64,000 nt of DNA from the NCBI GenBank assembly GCA_027343665.1, contig DAHWKL010000002.1, positions 193,544 through 257,543 on the forward strand, given 5' to 3'. A model generated the notes under the pieces. It did not search any database, was not told the DNA's origin, and saw only the letters and a list, made by a program, of their open reading frames with translations. This document shows, piece by piece, positions 8,248 through 17,524 of the stretch. Each line of letters begins with the position of its first letter. Positions within the stretch are counted from its first letter, which is position 1. The position numbers and the translations under genes were made by a program. The stretch is from an archaeon. GTDB taxonomy: Archaea; Nanobdellota; Nanobdellia; Pacearchaeales; GW2011-AR1.

Positions 8248-9309
8248 AAGATTGTAAATCTCTTCCCTAAAAAAGGAAAGCATGGATTCACTGCCTAAGA
8301 CTTCAAGTAACTCCTCATTGCCTGCAGCAAGTATTGCCGACAAATCATGGAAATTTCCTATCAAGAGATCTACATATCTGTCGAGCAAATTTGTTTTACC
8401 GAGAAGTCTGAGTCCTTTGGGAGAGATATTTTTATCATGAAGCTCTTCAAATAAAAGCCTTGAAATATTCATTGGCTCAAGGAGGAAATCAAAGTCCATT
8501 TTCTCAAGAATTTCCAAAGATGATGAATGGTTCGGTCCAAAATAGTCCTTCAAGATCATTTCCTCTTCTTTTTGAAGCCCCCCCATAAGCTCTTTGAGTC
8601 TCATCTTCACAATTATTCCCTCCTGACCAAGCTCGATTAAATATCTCTGAACAAGCTCCGATATTCTTTTCATGATTTCGACTCTTTGAAGAACAGAGCA
8701 TACATCATTTATCGTCGAATGCCTTCTGAGTTCTAAAGAGTTGAGTTCAGAGAGAAGTTCATCAAAAACATCCCTTTGCTTTTCCAGTATCTGAAGAGTT
8801 TCAGAAGCCCTTCTCAAAATTTCAGAACTCCTCTGAAGCTGATAACTTGAATTTCCATAATAAATTGAAATTTTATTTTTCCTCTCGGATACAGCGACAA
8901 CAATTGAATTTGTCTGTTTAGCTGTCCTCTCCGCTGCCTTGTGCCTTGTTCCGGTCTCCTTTGTGGGTATTGACACATCAGGAGAAAGAAGAGTGTTCGC
9001 ATAAAGGATGTCTTTGGCATCTTTTGAAAGAATTATAGCCCCGTCCATCTTGGCAAGCTCAACAAGCTTCTGGGCACTGAATTTGGTATTTACTCTGAAT
9101 CCTCCATCAATTAAGGGCTCAACATTTCCGTTGTCCAAAACTATAAGTGCCCCCATTTTTGCATTTAGGAAGTCATCAAGGGCTATCCTTAAACTCGTTC
9201 CTGGTGCAACCATCTTCAAAACATCCATAAAATCTTTCTCGGGAATTTCTTCCGGATTTTCCTTTGAAAAAGGAAGAAAGATTTCTTCGGGATTTTGAAT
9301 TTCAGCCAT
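8215..9309 (-). CDS. disA: DNA integrity scanning diadenylate cyclase DisA
   Basis: APGTSLR, ELAKMDGA, ETGTRHKAAERTAKQ, VSER, linker and HhH-like C-terminus. Confidence 0.93.
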   Translation of the reverse strand: MAEIQNPEEIFLPFSKENPEEIPEKDFMDVLKMVAPGTSLRIALDDFLNAKMGALIVLDNGNVEPLIDGGFRVNTKFSAQKLVELAKMDGAIILSKDAKDILYANTLLSPDVSIPTKETGTRHKAAERTAKQTNSIVVAVSERKNKISIYYGNSSYQLQRSSEILRRASETLQILEKQRDVFDELLSELNSLELRRHSTINDVCSVLQRVEIMKRISELVQRYLIELGQEGIIVKMRLKELMGGLQKEEEMILKDYFGPNHSSSLEILEKMDFDFLLEPMNISRLLFEELHDKNISPKGLRLLGKTNLLDRYVDLLIGNFHDLSAILAAGNEELLEVLGSESMLSFFREEIYNLKEKVNLGKGL

Positions 9310-9425
9310 TTTTAATCACTACTTTTTTATTCTGAAAATTAATTTTTCAGTTCTATGACAGAAAAAATCTTCACTTCTATTTAAATATTTATCTGAAAAA
9401 TGTGATAATTTGAAGAAGAATAAAA

Positions 9426-10349
9426 TTATTTGATTTTGCCAAAAGAATAACAGCCAACAGTTATATCTCTGATAGAAGGAACAGCCACACACACAAGTGA
9501 AGACCCATAAGGGTTTCCTGATTCAAAAGCTGAAACATAATTTCCGTCCTTTCTGGGAGCTAAATAATAAAGATCCCCCTCTTCAACATTATTACTTGGC
9601 AAGCCTTGAGAAGTCGATCCTCCTTTGAGAAAGCTTTGAAGTGAAATTCCGGGTGCTCTATCTTGTTTTAAGGTATTGTTATCAAGTTCTTTCTTGTATG
9701 TCGGAAGCAAATGTCCCTCTTTTATTATGCAATTTTTCTTTAGTGTCAAAATCCCCTTGGAAAAATCAAAATAGTCTTCAAGAAAAGTAGACCTTGTTTT
9801 TGCAACTGTATGCGTTTTGGAAAAGTCAAACAGGACTTTTTGCATGTATTCTGTCTTCAGACGTTCTCCGCCGACTGTGTAAATCTCCTTCCCATTAAGA
9901 CCTTCAAACAGAACTTTCATGAATTCTCTGGCTTCTTTTATTGAAGGGACCTTTTTCCCAAGATAAAGGTTAAGCTTCATAAATTCTTCCCAATTTCCTG
10001 CAAGACCAGAATCATTATCTCCTCCTATGAACCACCTTCCCATAGAATCTTGGGAAGTGTTGCGGAATTTTACTCCCATATATTTTGCAATCTCTTCAAG
10101 AGCCCTGTTATTTGGAGAGTCTTTTTTCGTAAACCTTAATCTGGCAGGACTCATGCAATAACCATTACCGAGATTTATCCAATGCTCTATGCTCGGTTCT
10201 GCAATCAGATAAGAATGATCAGGCAACCATGCCTCTTGAGGATCAACAACCTCGCTATCGCCCCCTCCGGGGTTACCAAAGCTAAACAAGCTCACAAGGG
10301 ATTTAGAAACATCCTGATTATAAACCTTTTGAAAAGGTTTTTGCAACAA
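9426..10349 (-). CDS. hypothetical protein with C-terminus resembling DPANN DGR target (CLec-like) proteins; start uncertain
   Basis: QGLP...GDLYYLAPR...VSAFESG...SLVC...P...VG C-terminal pattern. Confidence 0.55.
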   Translation of the reverse strand: MLQKPFQKVYNQDVSKSLVSLFSFGNPGGGDSEVVDPQEAWLPDHSYLIAEPSIEHWINLGNGYCMSPARLRFTKKDSPNNRALEEIAKYMGVKFRNTSQDSMGRWFIGGDNDSGLAGNWEEFMKLNLYLGKKVPSIKEAREFMKVLFEGLNGKEIYTVGGERLKTEYMQKVLFDFSKTHTVAKTRSTFLEDYFDFSKGILTLKKNCIIKEGHLLPTYKKELDNNTLKQDRAPGISLQSFLKGGSTSQGLPSNNVEEGDLYYLAPRKDGNYVSAFESGNPYGSSLVCVAVPSIRDITVGCYSFGKIK

Positions 10350-11313
10350 TTAATGGGAAGATTATAGAAGCATCGCCATAGACCTTCACATGCTTTGCTT
10401 CAGGCGCAATTTTCCCCCAACTCACAGCTTCTTCAGGAAGAGCTCCGGAATCAGATCCGTCGAACTCCTGAGCAGTATTAATATAAACTGCATAATTAGC
10501 ACCATTCCTGAACATATTGGCATTGCACAAGTGATGCTTAACAATTCCTCCGCCCAGAACGATTATCCCCGTCTTTTCAGGACCTAGAGTAGTGTTATTA
10601 ATCTTCCAGATATCTTCAGTTACATCAACTACAAAATCTGGATGATTTGATTTGAAAAAATAGATCATATCTCCAAGACTTCCATCAGTTATAGCAGGGC
10701 AAAAAACATCTATCTTGTTTTTGTTCGCCCAATAATAGATAGAGGATTTATCGTTTATCTTTTCGCCTAACTTCCATATGAGCTCAGAGGGCGTAACGAT
10801 TTTTCCGGTCTCTTTCTGCCTTTTGTAGAACTCTTCAAAAATTGGCATTATAAAATCCTCGAAATCACAATACCTTGAATTAGGAATGAAAATATTTCCC
10901 GCACGGTTTATTCCTTTTTCACGGAGAACTCTCCCGTCAGCTCTGAAATCTCCAAGCTTGAAGTCTCCCAAGCATTTTATTATGTCTTCTTCAATTCCTC
11001 CTGCGGTCGTCACAAAAACATTGACTTTTTTGTGTTCTGCAAGAAACCTTATAACCTCTCTCACACCGGAAGTCACCATATTTGAAGTATATCCCAAATA
11101 TATGAAGGCCTTGTCGCTTATCATCCCGTTTATTATCTCCACAGCTTTTGAGAAGTTGCTCGCCTGAATCCCTGTAGTAGCAAAACTGTCAAGTATCTCA
11201 CTATAATCGACTCCATGATTAAAGTCATATCCTTTTATCGGAACACCTGTTGCTTCCTCCGACTTTCTGAGGATATTACCTCTTGCAGTTTTCTCTTTCT
11301 CGCGGTTATTCAT
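10318..11313 (-). CDS. dys: deoxyhypusine synthase
   Basis: GYTSNMVTSG, TTAGGIEEDIIKC, GINRAGN, DGSDSGALPEEAVSWGK. Confidence 0.96.
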   Translation of the reverse strand: MNNREKEKTARGNILRKSEEATGVPIKGYDFNHGVDYSEILDSFATTGIQASNFSKAVEIINGMISDKAFIYLGYTSNMVTSGVREVIRFLAEHKKVNVFVTTAGGIEEDIIKCLGDFKLGDFRADGRVLREKGINRAGNIFIPNSRYCDFEDFIMPIFEEFYKRQKETGKIVTPSELIWKLGEKINDKSSIYYWANKNKIDVFCPAITDGSLGDMIYFFKSNHPDFVVDVTEDIWKINNTTLGPEKTGIIVLGGGIVKHHLCNANMFRNGANYAVYINTAQEFDGSDSGALPEEAVSWGKIAPEAKHVKVYGDASIIFPLIVAKTFSKGL

Positions 11314-11396
11314 TGAATTGAAACACCCACCCTGTTTTTAAAATTATTCTTTAGAACCACAATAATATTTTTAAAACCTCCAATCATCAAAGTCGC

Positions 11397-11588
11397 ATGG
11401 ATAAATGGTTGAAAATAACTTTAGGCTTGGCAGTCTTGGTAATTTCTCTTTATCTTATCCTGCCCGGAATGCCACTTTCTTCCTGGGGGCAAGCAGCATT
11501 GGAGCTTGTTAAAGGCGGAATCACGATAGGCATTATTTTGACAGGAATTGCATTGATAGTTCTTGGTATAAGTGAGCTCAAAAATTAG
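11397..11588 (+). CDS. small 2-TM membrane protein
   Basis: Two hydrophobic helices; TATA-like TTTAAAA about 28 nt upstream. Confidence 0.7.
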   Translation: MDKWLKITLGLAVLVISLYLILPGMPLSSWGQAALELVKGGITIGIILTGIALIVLGISELKN

Positions 11589-11624
11589 CTGATCAGGATA
11601 AAAAATCAATAGAGATTTCTAATT

Positions 11625-12275
11625 TTATTTGACAACCCCGAAAGTGTACCCGTCGCCGCCGACGTCCAACCTGCCGCCGCCGAAGTCGAAGACCAACGCG
11701 GACACTTTTGCAACATCCATACTAACAGAACCAAAACTCCAAAGATAAGGATTAGGATTATAATTTGAAGCAATTTCTGCGATTTTCTCGGCACCCTCTT
11801 CCCCATACCTTGCGACAATGTAAGGATTTTTCTCGAGCTCTTTTGGAGTCTGGCTTTCAATCTTGTAACCGAAAGGCACGAACTTCACTTTAGGGTCATT
11901 TTCATTTAATCTTTTCACGAGAGAATTTTTGTCCATAGACAACATTCCGTTGATTATTTTTGGGTCATATTCGATTATGACTCCGTTATTGATTTCATCC
12001 TTTGATTTTGGAAGATAAAGATTCCCAGTGAATTCCCAAAGCCCGTTATTCCTTAGTATGTCGAGTATTTCCAATTCGAAATTTCCTTTAGGATTTTTCC
12101 AGGCATCATAAACCAATGATGCGACCTCAGGAGAAGTCGGCCTTTTGAGCCCGTCTTTGTCGATTTGCTTAGCGACGCTTCCAAAAGTTCCCCTGAATGC
12201 AGGATACTGGAAAGTAATTTCCCCTTTTTCATGAGGGATTTTTGTCAAATAAGATTTTCCAATTTTCGCTTCCAT
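11625..12275 (-). CDS. DGR target-like protein with GC-rich variable-region-like 3' end
   Basis: C-terminus VSALVFDFGGGRLDVGGDGYTFGV encoded mainly by NNC codons (11631-11705). Confidence 0.7.
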   Translation of the reverse strand: MEAKIGKSYLTKIPHEKGEITFQYPAFRGTFGSVAKQIDKDGLKRPTSPEVASLVYDAWKNPKGNFELEILDILRNNGLWEFTGNLYLPKSKDEINNGVIIEYDPKIINGMLSMDKNSLVKRLNENDPKVKFVPFGYKIESQTPKELEKNPYIVARYGEEGAEKIAEIASNYNPNPYLWSFGSVSMDVAKVSALVFDFGGGRLDVGGDGYTFGVVK

Positions 12276-12339
12276 AGCAATTCCAAAAGGCTGAACTTTA
12301 AAAATCTTCCTAATTGTTACTTTTACAAAATTAAGACAT

Positions 12340-12963
12340 TTAAATCCCCAGAAAAATCAGTGTCCCTTCTATTATTGCAGCAATTACAAGAAGAGGTATC
12401 ACAATGAATATATACACCGATATTGACTTCTCAAAATATTCTACAAACTTTTTCCATTTATGCTTTTCAGAGATGAAAGTTGAAAATTTTATCCCGATTC
12501 CAAAGGAGATGAATATTGCTGGTAGCTCAAAGATCCCGTGAGGCAAAAGTCTCCACAAAGATAAGATCCCTTCCTGGGAAGCACTTAAATTTGAAGCGAA
12601 CCCGAGCACGAATCCGTTAAATACTGCCGAGAAAAAAGGAAATATCCCTAAGATGAAGCCAAAAAAAATCCCCATAAATCCTGACAGGGCGTTGTTGCTG
12701 AATATGAAAGATATAAGGTCTATGAGACCCATGCCTCTTGTCTGCCCGACAAGATTTTTAAAATAATCTATCAATTGTGAGCGAAAAGGTTCCGGAACCT
12801 GAACAAAAAATCCGATTAAAGTAAATGCAAAAAAAAGTATTATGACCAGATAGATATAATTTCTTGACTCTTTCACATAACTCCATGCGATTTTGTACTG
12901 CTCACCAACTGATTCTGTAAGAGTTTCTTTCTTTTTGCTTTTTTTGACAGCTCTCTTTTTCAT
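12340..12963 (-). CDS. SpoIIM (DUF95) family membrane protein
   Basis: IFSNN, NGFVLG, LLPHGIFELPA, AAIIEG. Confidence 0.9.
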   Translation of the reverse strand: MKKRAVKKSKKKETLTESVGEQYKIAWSYVKESRNYIYLVIILFFAFTLIGFFVQVPEPFRSQLIDYFKNLVGQTRGMGLIDLISFIFSNNALSGFMGIFFGFILGIFPFFSAVFNGFVLGFASNLSASQEGILSLWRLLPHGIFELPAIFISFGIGIKFSTFISEKHKWKKFVEYFEKSISVYIFIVIPLLVIAAIIEGTLIFLGI

Positions 12964-13814
12964 ATAAGTACCTGCCTTGAAAGCAGATCGATTTTGTTTG
13001 GATATCTCTTCCTTAGATAATAACCATAAGCTAAGCCGATTATGAGTCCTCCGAAATGTGCAGAATTTCCTATGGGAAGAGGGATGAAAAGCCCGACTAT
13101 AACAAGAGGGATTATTGCAAGTAGAGGTATTGCCCAGAAAGGCATTTCTATAGGAAGGGATATTCTGTACAACCGGGGATTAAAGGAAAATATTGCAAAA
13201 ATTGAAACAAAAATGTAGATTGTGAAGAAAAGACCTAAGGATGCCACAAGATTAGAATTTGGATATGCACTTCCTAAAAAAGATTCAAGAATTATCACAA
13301 ACAAAGGACCTGCAATAAGGCTTATTTTTTTATTTGGAATCAGAACTGCTAGAACACCGACAAGCCCGAAGATAGCCCCCGATGCGCCAACCCCGACATC
13401 AGAGGGATTTCCGAAAAGCTCAGCTCCAAGAGGACTTGATCCGAAAAATCCTGAAAGTATGGTGAAGACTATTCCCGCAAATATTCCGGCAATAAGGTAA
13501 AACCAAAAATATCTCCTCCTTCCGATTATTTTCTCCAAAAGCATCCCTACAAAGAAAAGAGAGATCATATTGAACAGTATATGCTCAAGACCTGCATGCA
13601 TGAACATGCTTGTCAGAAGGGTCCAAAGGTTCTGCCCCTGAAGGACAAGCGACGGCACAAGACCCACTTCATTCCATGAAAGAATCCCTGCAGAAATGAG
13701 TAGATAGAAGATTACAAAAAGAAGGACATTAGCAATTATAAGCCACCATGTAACGCTCAACCTTTCCAGAAAAGTTCTATTTCTGGGTCCTGAAACTTCA
13801 TAGACTTGCATCAT
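12960..13814 (-). CDS. rhomboid intramembrane serine protease
   Basis: WTLLTSMFMH, HILFNM, GASGAIFG, AHFGG. Confidence 0.93.
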   Translation of the reverse strand: MMQVYEVSGPRNRTFLERLSVTWWLIIANVLLFVIFYLLISAGILSWNEVGLVPSLVLQGQNLWTLLTSMFMHAGLEHILFNMISLFFVGMLLEKIIGRRRYFWFYLIAGIFAGIVFTILSGFFGSSPLGAELFGNPSDVGVGASGAIFGLVGVLAVLIPNKKISLIAGPLFVIILESFLGSAYPNSNLVASLGLFFTIYIFVSIFAIFSFNPRLYRISLPIEMPFWAIPLLAIIPLVIVGLFIPLPIGNSAHFGGLIIGLAYGYYLRKRYPNKIDLLSRQVLI

Positions 13815-13849
13815 AAAAAAATGAGAAAGAGTTATTTAAACCTTAAGGA

Positions 13850-14620
13850 TTACTTCCTTTTTTTAGATTTGACTTTGGAAATTTTCTTTGCACTTTTTTT
13901 GGAAACTTTCCCGGAGGATTTTTTTTGGACAACTCTCTTTATCTTTAGATTTTTTGATTTGCCTTTTTTTGCCTTCAACTCAAGTTTTTCTTTTTCCTTC
14001 TTTAGTTTATTCCTCTTCTTCTTATCTTCTTCCTTCTTCTTCTGCTTTTCTTTTTCCTCTTTTTTCATTTCAATGTCTTTTTTCTTATTAAGTTTCAGCT
14101 GTTCTTTTGCAATTTCTGCATTCACAACTTCAAGTTTTTCATCTATTTTACCAATTGATTTTTCAAGGTCTTTTATAAGCTTGGAGTTATCCTTTATGGT
14201 AAAAACCTGCCCACATTCATCGCATGTGAAATCCATCAGTATTGCTTGGTCTTCGCCATATTCCAATCCGCACGATTCACATACATAGAAAGTTTTAGAG
14301 TTCCTGAGTGCAATCTCACTGCGCACCTCTTTCTTTGTTTTGTCAAGATGCTCTTTTAGGAAATCCAGACATTTTAAGATTTCAAATCTCCAATAATAAG
14401 TGTACCATCCCTTCTTTTTGTCCTTTTTTCTAACTGATGAAACAAGACCGAAATCCGAAATTCTATAAAGAATATTTCTTGTCTGATTTATTGTTATCCC
14501 AAGTTTTTTCGCGATTACAAACTCGTTAATATATTTTGGCGTGTCAAGAAGGTCAACAATCCCAACAGCAGACTTTCCAACGACAGAAAGAACTACCTCT
14601 TCTAAAAGTTTATTGAGCAT
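13850..14620 (-). CDS. tfe: transcription factor E (alpha) with Lys-rich C-terminal extension
   Basis: wHTH (INQTRNILY, KGWYTYYW), zinc ribbon CESC...CDEC. Confidence 0.88.
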   Translation of the reverse strand: MLNKLLEEVVLSVVGKSAVGIVDLLDTPKYINEFVIAKKLGITINQTRNILYRISDFGLVSSVRKKDKKKGWYTYYWRFEILKCLDFLKEHLDKTKKEVRSEIALRNSKTFYVCESCGLEYGEDQAILMDFTCDECGQVFTIKDNSKLIKDLEKSIGKIDEKLEVVNAEIAKEQLKLNKKKDIEMKKEEKEKQKKKEEDKKKRNKLKKEKEKLELKAKKGKSKNLKIKRVVQKKSSGKVSKKSAKKISKVKSKKRK

Positions 14621-14732
14621 GGAGAGATTAAAAGATATTCATTAAAATACCTTTCGGTTATCTTCCAAGAATTCCTGTTTCAAGAACAAGATTTTTAAAG
14701 TGTATACTCCAATATATATTTAGAGGTGAAAG

Positions 14733-15293
14733 ATGGCATTATTTTCAAAGAAAAAAGATAACAAGGAACCCACAATTCCAAAACTTCCGGATCTTCCAAG
14801 CTTGCCTTCATTGCCTTCTAGATTCCCCGATATGAATTCTTCAGAGGACAATGAAATTCCCGAATTGCCCAGTTTCCCCACGGGGGGGGTCGGGGACAAA
14901 TTCTCAAGAGACACTATAAAAAATGCAATTTCGGGGGATGATGATGACGAACCGATAATATCTCCGGAAGAACTAGTTCCGAAACCAGCCATGATTCCTC
15001 AAAAACCAATGTCAATGGAGAGGATGAAAAAAATCACCCCCATGGAAAGACCTGAAGAAAGAGCAATTCCCAAGGAAACAGGACCGGTTTTCATAAGGAT
15101 AGACAAATTTGAAGAGGCGCTTAATATATTCAAGGAAACAAGGAAAAAGATAGAAGAGATTGAAAGTCTTCTTGGTGAGACTAAAGAAATAAAACAGAAG
15201 GAAGAAGAGGAATTGTCAACCTGGGAAGAAGAGATACAAGAGATGAAACAGCAAATAGAAAAGGTTGACAGAGATATTTTCTCAAGAATATAA
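14733..15293 (+). CDS. hypothetical protein (Pro-rich N-terminus, coiled-coil C-terminus)
   Basis: LPDLPSLPSLP low complexity; PVFIRIDKF then heptads. Confidence 0.75.
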   Translation: MALFSKKKDNKEPTIPKLPDLPSLPSLPSRFPDMNSSEDNEIPELPSFPTGGVGDKFSRDTIKNAISGDDDDEPIISPEELVPKPAMIPQKPMSMERMKKITPMERPEERAIPKETGPVFIRIDKFEEALNIFKETRKKIEEIESLLGETKEIKQKEEEELSTWEEEIQEMKQQIEKVDRDIFSRI

Positions 15294-15712
15294 TGGGAAA
15301 AAACAGAATTTCTAAAAAGGCGGATGAAGATAAAAAAAGTTCCGTTTATATAAAACTCGAAAAAGATGAGGCAATTTCAAGCAAAAAGGATATCCTTTCC
15401 TCTGAGATGAACCTTTTAAAAATAATCCAGAGCATTCAGAATTATCAGAACCTGAGGAAGGATGAACTCAAGAAAAAAAGACTCATACAGAAAAAAGCCA
15501 GGGAGGCAAGGCTAAACATCGCAAAAATTCAGATGACAATGCCTGCGCTCAAAGTTCCAAAAATGTTCAAGAGGGAAATTTCAGGGCCTGCAGAACCTGA
15601 AAATGCAGAGGAAAAAATTCATATAGATCTCTCAAGAAAAAAAGGCACTATTGAAAATCAGCTTCTTGAAATACAGGAAAAGCTAAATGAACTTCAGGGA
15701 ATGGGAGAATAA
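15293..15712 (+). CDS. hypothetical coiled-coil protein, translationally coupled to upstream gene
   Basis: TAATG overlap; VYIKLE motif similar to upstream VFIRID. Confidence 0.75.
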   Translation: MGKNRISKKADEDKKSSVYIKLEKDEAISSKKDILSSEMNLLKIIQSIQNYQNLRKDELKKKRLIQKKAREARLNIAKIQMTMPALKVPKMFKREISGPAEPENAEEKIHIDLSRKKGTIENQLLEIQEKLNELQGMGE

Positions 15713-15765
15713 CCCTGATTCTCACCCATCAAAACTCTTTAAAACCTGAAGTTTCTATAATTTTC

Positions 15766-17523
15766 ATGAACCGAACAGAACTTATCAGAAAGTATATTGA
15801 ATTTTTTAAGGGAAAAGATCATCTCGAAATTCCGGGAGCTTCTCTGATACCCGAAAATGACCCGACAGTTCTTTTCACAACAGCAGGTATGCACCCTTTA
15901 GTTCCGTTTTTAACGGGACAGAAGCATCCTCTTGGAAAAAGACTTGTTGATGTGCAAAGATGTATAAGAACAGGGGATATTGAAGATGTCGGGGATACTA
16001 CCCATCACACATTTTTTGAGATGCTGGGAAACTGGTCTTTGGGAGATTATTTCAAAGAAGAAGCGATAGAATATTCTTTTGAATTCCTGACAAAAATTTT
16101 GAAAATTCCGAAAGAACGCCTTGCAGTCAGTGTCTTTGCCGGGGATAATGATGCGCCAAGAGATGAACTTTCCGCAAAAGAATGGGAAAGACTGGGCATC
16201 CCAAAAAAAAGAATTGCTTATCTTCCAAAAAAAAATAACTGGTGGGGACCGGCCGGAGAGACTGGCCCATGCGGTCCTGATACTGAAATGTTTTATTGGA
16301 AAATCAATTCAAAAAAAGCCCCGGAAAGATTCAACCCTGAAGATGAAAACTGGGTGGAGATATGGAATGATGTATTGATGCAATACCACAAAGACAAAAA
16401 CGGGAGATATAATGAAGCAGAACAGAAAAATATAGACACGGGAATGGGAGTCGAAAGGACTGTTGCCGTCCTGAGCGGGCTTGAAGATAATTATCTTGCT
16501 GATATGTGGAAGCCGATAATAGAAAGAATAGAAAAATTATCCGGGAAAGAGTATGTTGAAAATGAAAAAACTATGAGAATAATCGCGGATCATATAAAAG
16601 CGGCCGTATTCATGATTTCTGATGGAGTTTCACCATCCAACACTGAAAGAGGATATGTCCTTAGAAGGATTATAAGAAGAGCGATAAGATACGGAAAAAA
16701 ACTGGAACTTAAAGAGTTCACTTCAAAGATTGCGGAGCCTGTTTTCAGGATTTATTCGGACTACAAGATAGCTGAAAAAAGAGTTTTAGAAGAGTTGGAA
16801 GAGGAAGAGAAAAAATTCAATGAAACACTAGAAAACGGAATAAATATTTTCAACAAACTGACAAAAGACAAAAAGGAACTTTCAGGCAAAGATGGATTCT
16901 TGCTTTACCAGTCATATGGATTCCCGTTAGAGATGATTGTTGAGGAAGCGAAAGATAAGAAGATAAGATTTGACCCGAAGGATTTTGAAGCTGAATATGA
17001 AAAGCACCAGGAACTTTCAAGAAGCCTTTCGGCAGGAAAGTTTAAATCTGGACTCATAGACAATTCTGCCGAAACAACACGACTTCACACAGCTACCCAT
17101 CTTTTGAACGAAGCTTTAAGGCAGGTTTTGGGTGACAAAACAATAGCACAAAGAGGTTCTAATATAACCCCAGAAAGATTAAGATTCGATTTTAATTTCG
17201 GAAGAAGGCTTACAGATGAAGAGATAAAAAAAATTGAGGATTGGGTAAATGACAAGATAAAGAAAGACCTTTCAGTCAGAAGGGAGGAGATGGGATTAGA
17301 AGAGGCAATGAAATCAGAGGCACAGCATGAGTTTGGAGCAAAATATCCAAAAAAGGTTTCTGTTTATACGGTGTATGATGAAAAAGATCCGGAACACTTT
17401 GTGAGCAGAGAAATTTGCACTGGTCCGCACGTAAAAAAAACTTCTGAAATAGGGAGATTCAGGATAACAAAAGAAGAATCATCATCTGCAGGCATCAGAA
17501 GAATCAAAGCTGTTGTTGAGTAA
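15766..17523 (+). CDS. alaS: alanine--tRNA ligase (short form lacking C-Ala domain)
   Basis: LFTTAGM, HHTFFEMLGNWS, GPCGPDTE, IDTGMGVER, editing HTATH...CTGPH, ends GIRRIKAV. Confidence 0.96.
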   Translation: MNRTELIRKYIEFFKGKDHLEIPGASLIPENDPTVLFTTAGMHPLVPFLTGQKHPLGKRLVDVQRCIRTGDIEDVGDTTHHTFFEMLGNWSLGDYFKEEAIEYSFEFLTKILKIPKERLAVSVFAGDNDAPRDELSAKEWERLGIPKKRIAYLPKKNNWWGPAGETGPCGPDTEMFYWKINSKKAPERFNPEDENWVEIWNDVLMQYHKDKNGRYNEAEQKNIDTGMGVERTVAVLSGLEDNYLADMWKPIIERIEKLSGKEYVENEKTMRIIADHIKAAVFMISDGVSPSNTERGYVLRRIIRRAIRYGKKLELKEFTSKIAEPVFRIYSDYKIAEKRVLEELEEEEKKFNETLENGINIFNKLTKDKKELSGKDGFLLYQSYGFPLEMIVEEAKDKKIRFDPKDFEAEYEKHQELSRSLSAGKFKSGLIDNSAETTRLHTATHLLNEALRQVLGDKTIAQRGSNITPERLRFDFNFGRRLTDEEIKKIEDWVNDKIKKDLSVRREEMGLEEAMKSEAQHEFGAKYPKKVSVYTVYDEKDPEHFVSREICTGPHVKKTSEIGRFRITKEESSSAGIRRIKAVVE

Positions 17524-17524
17524 A

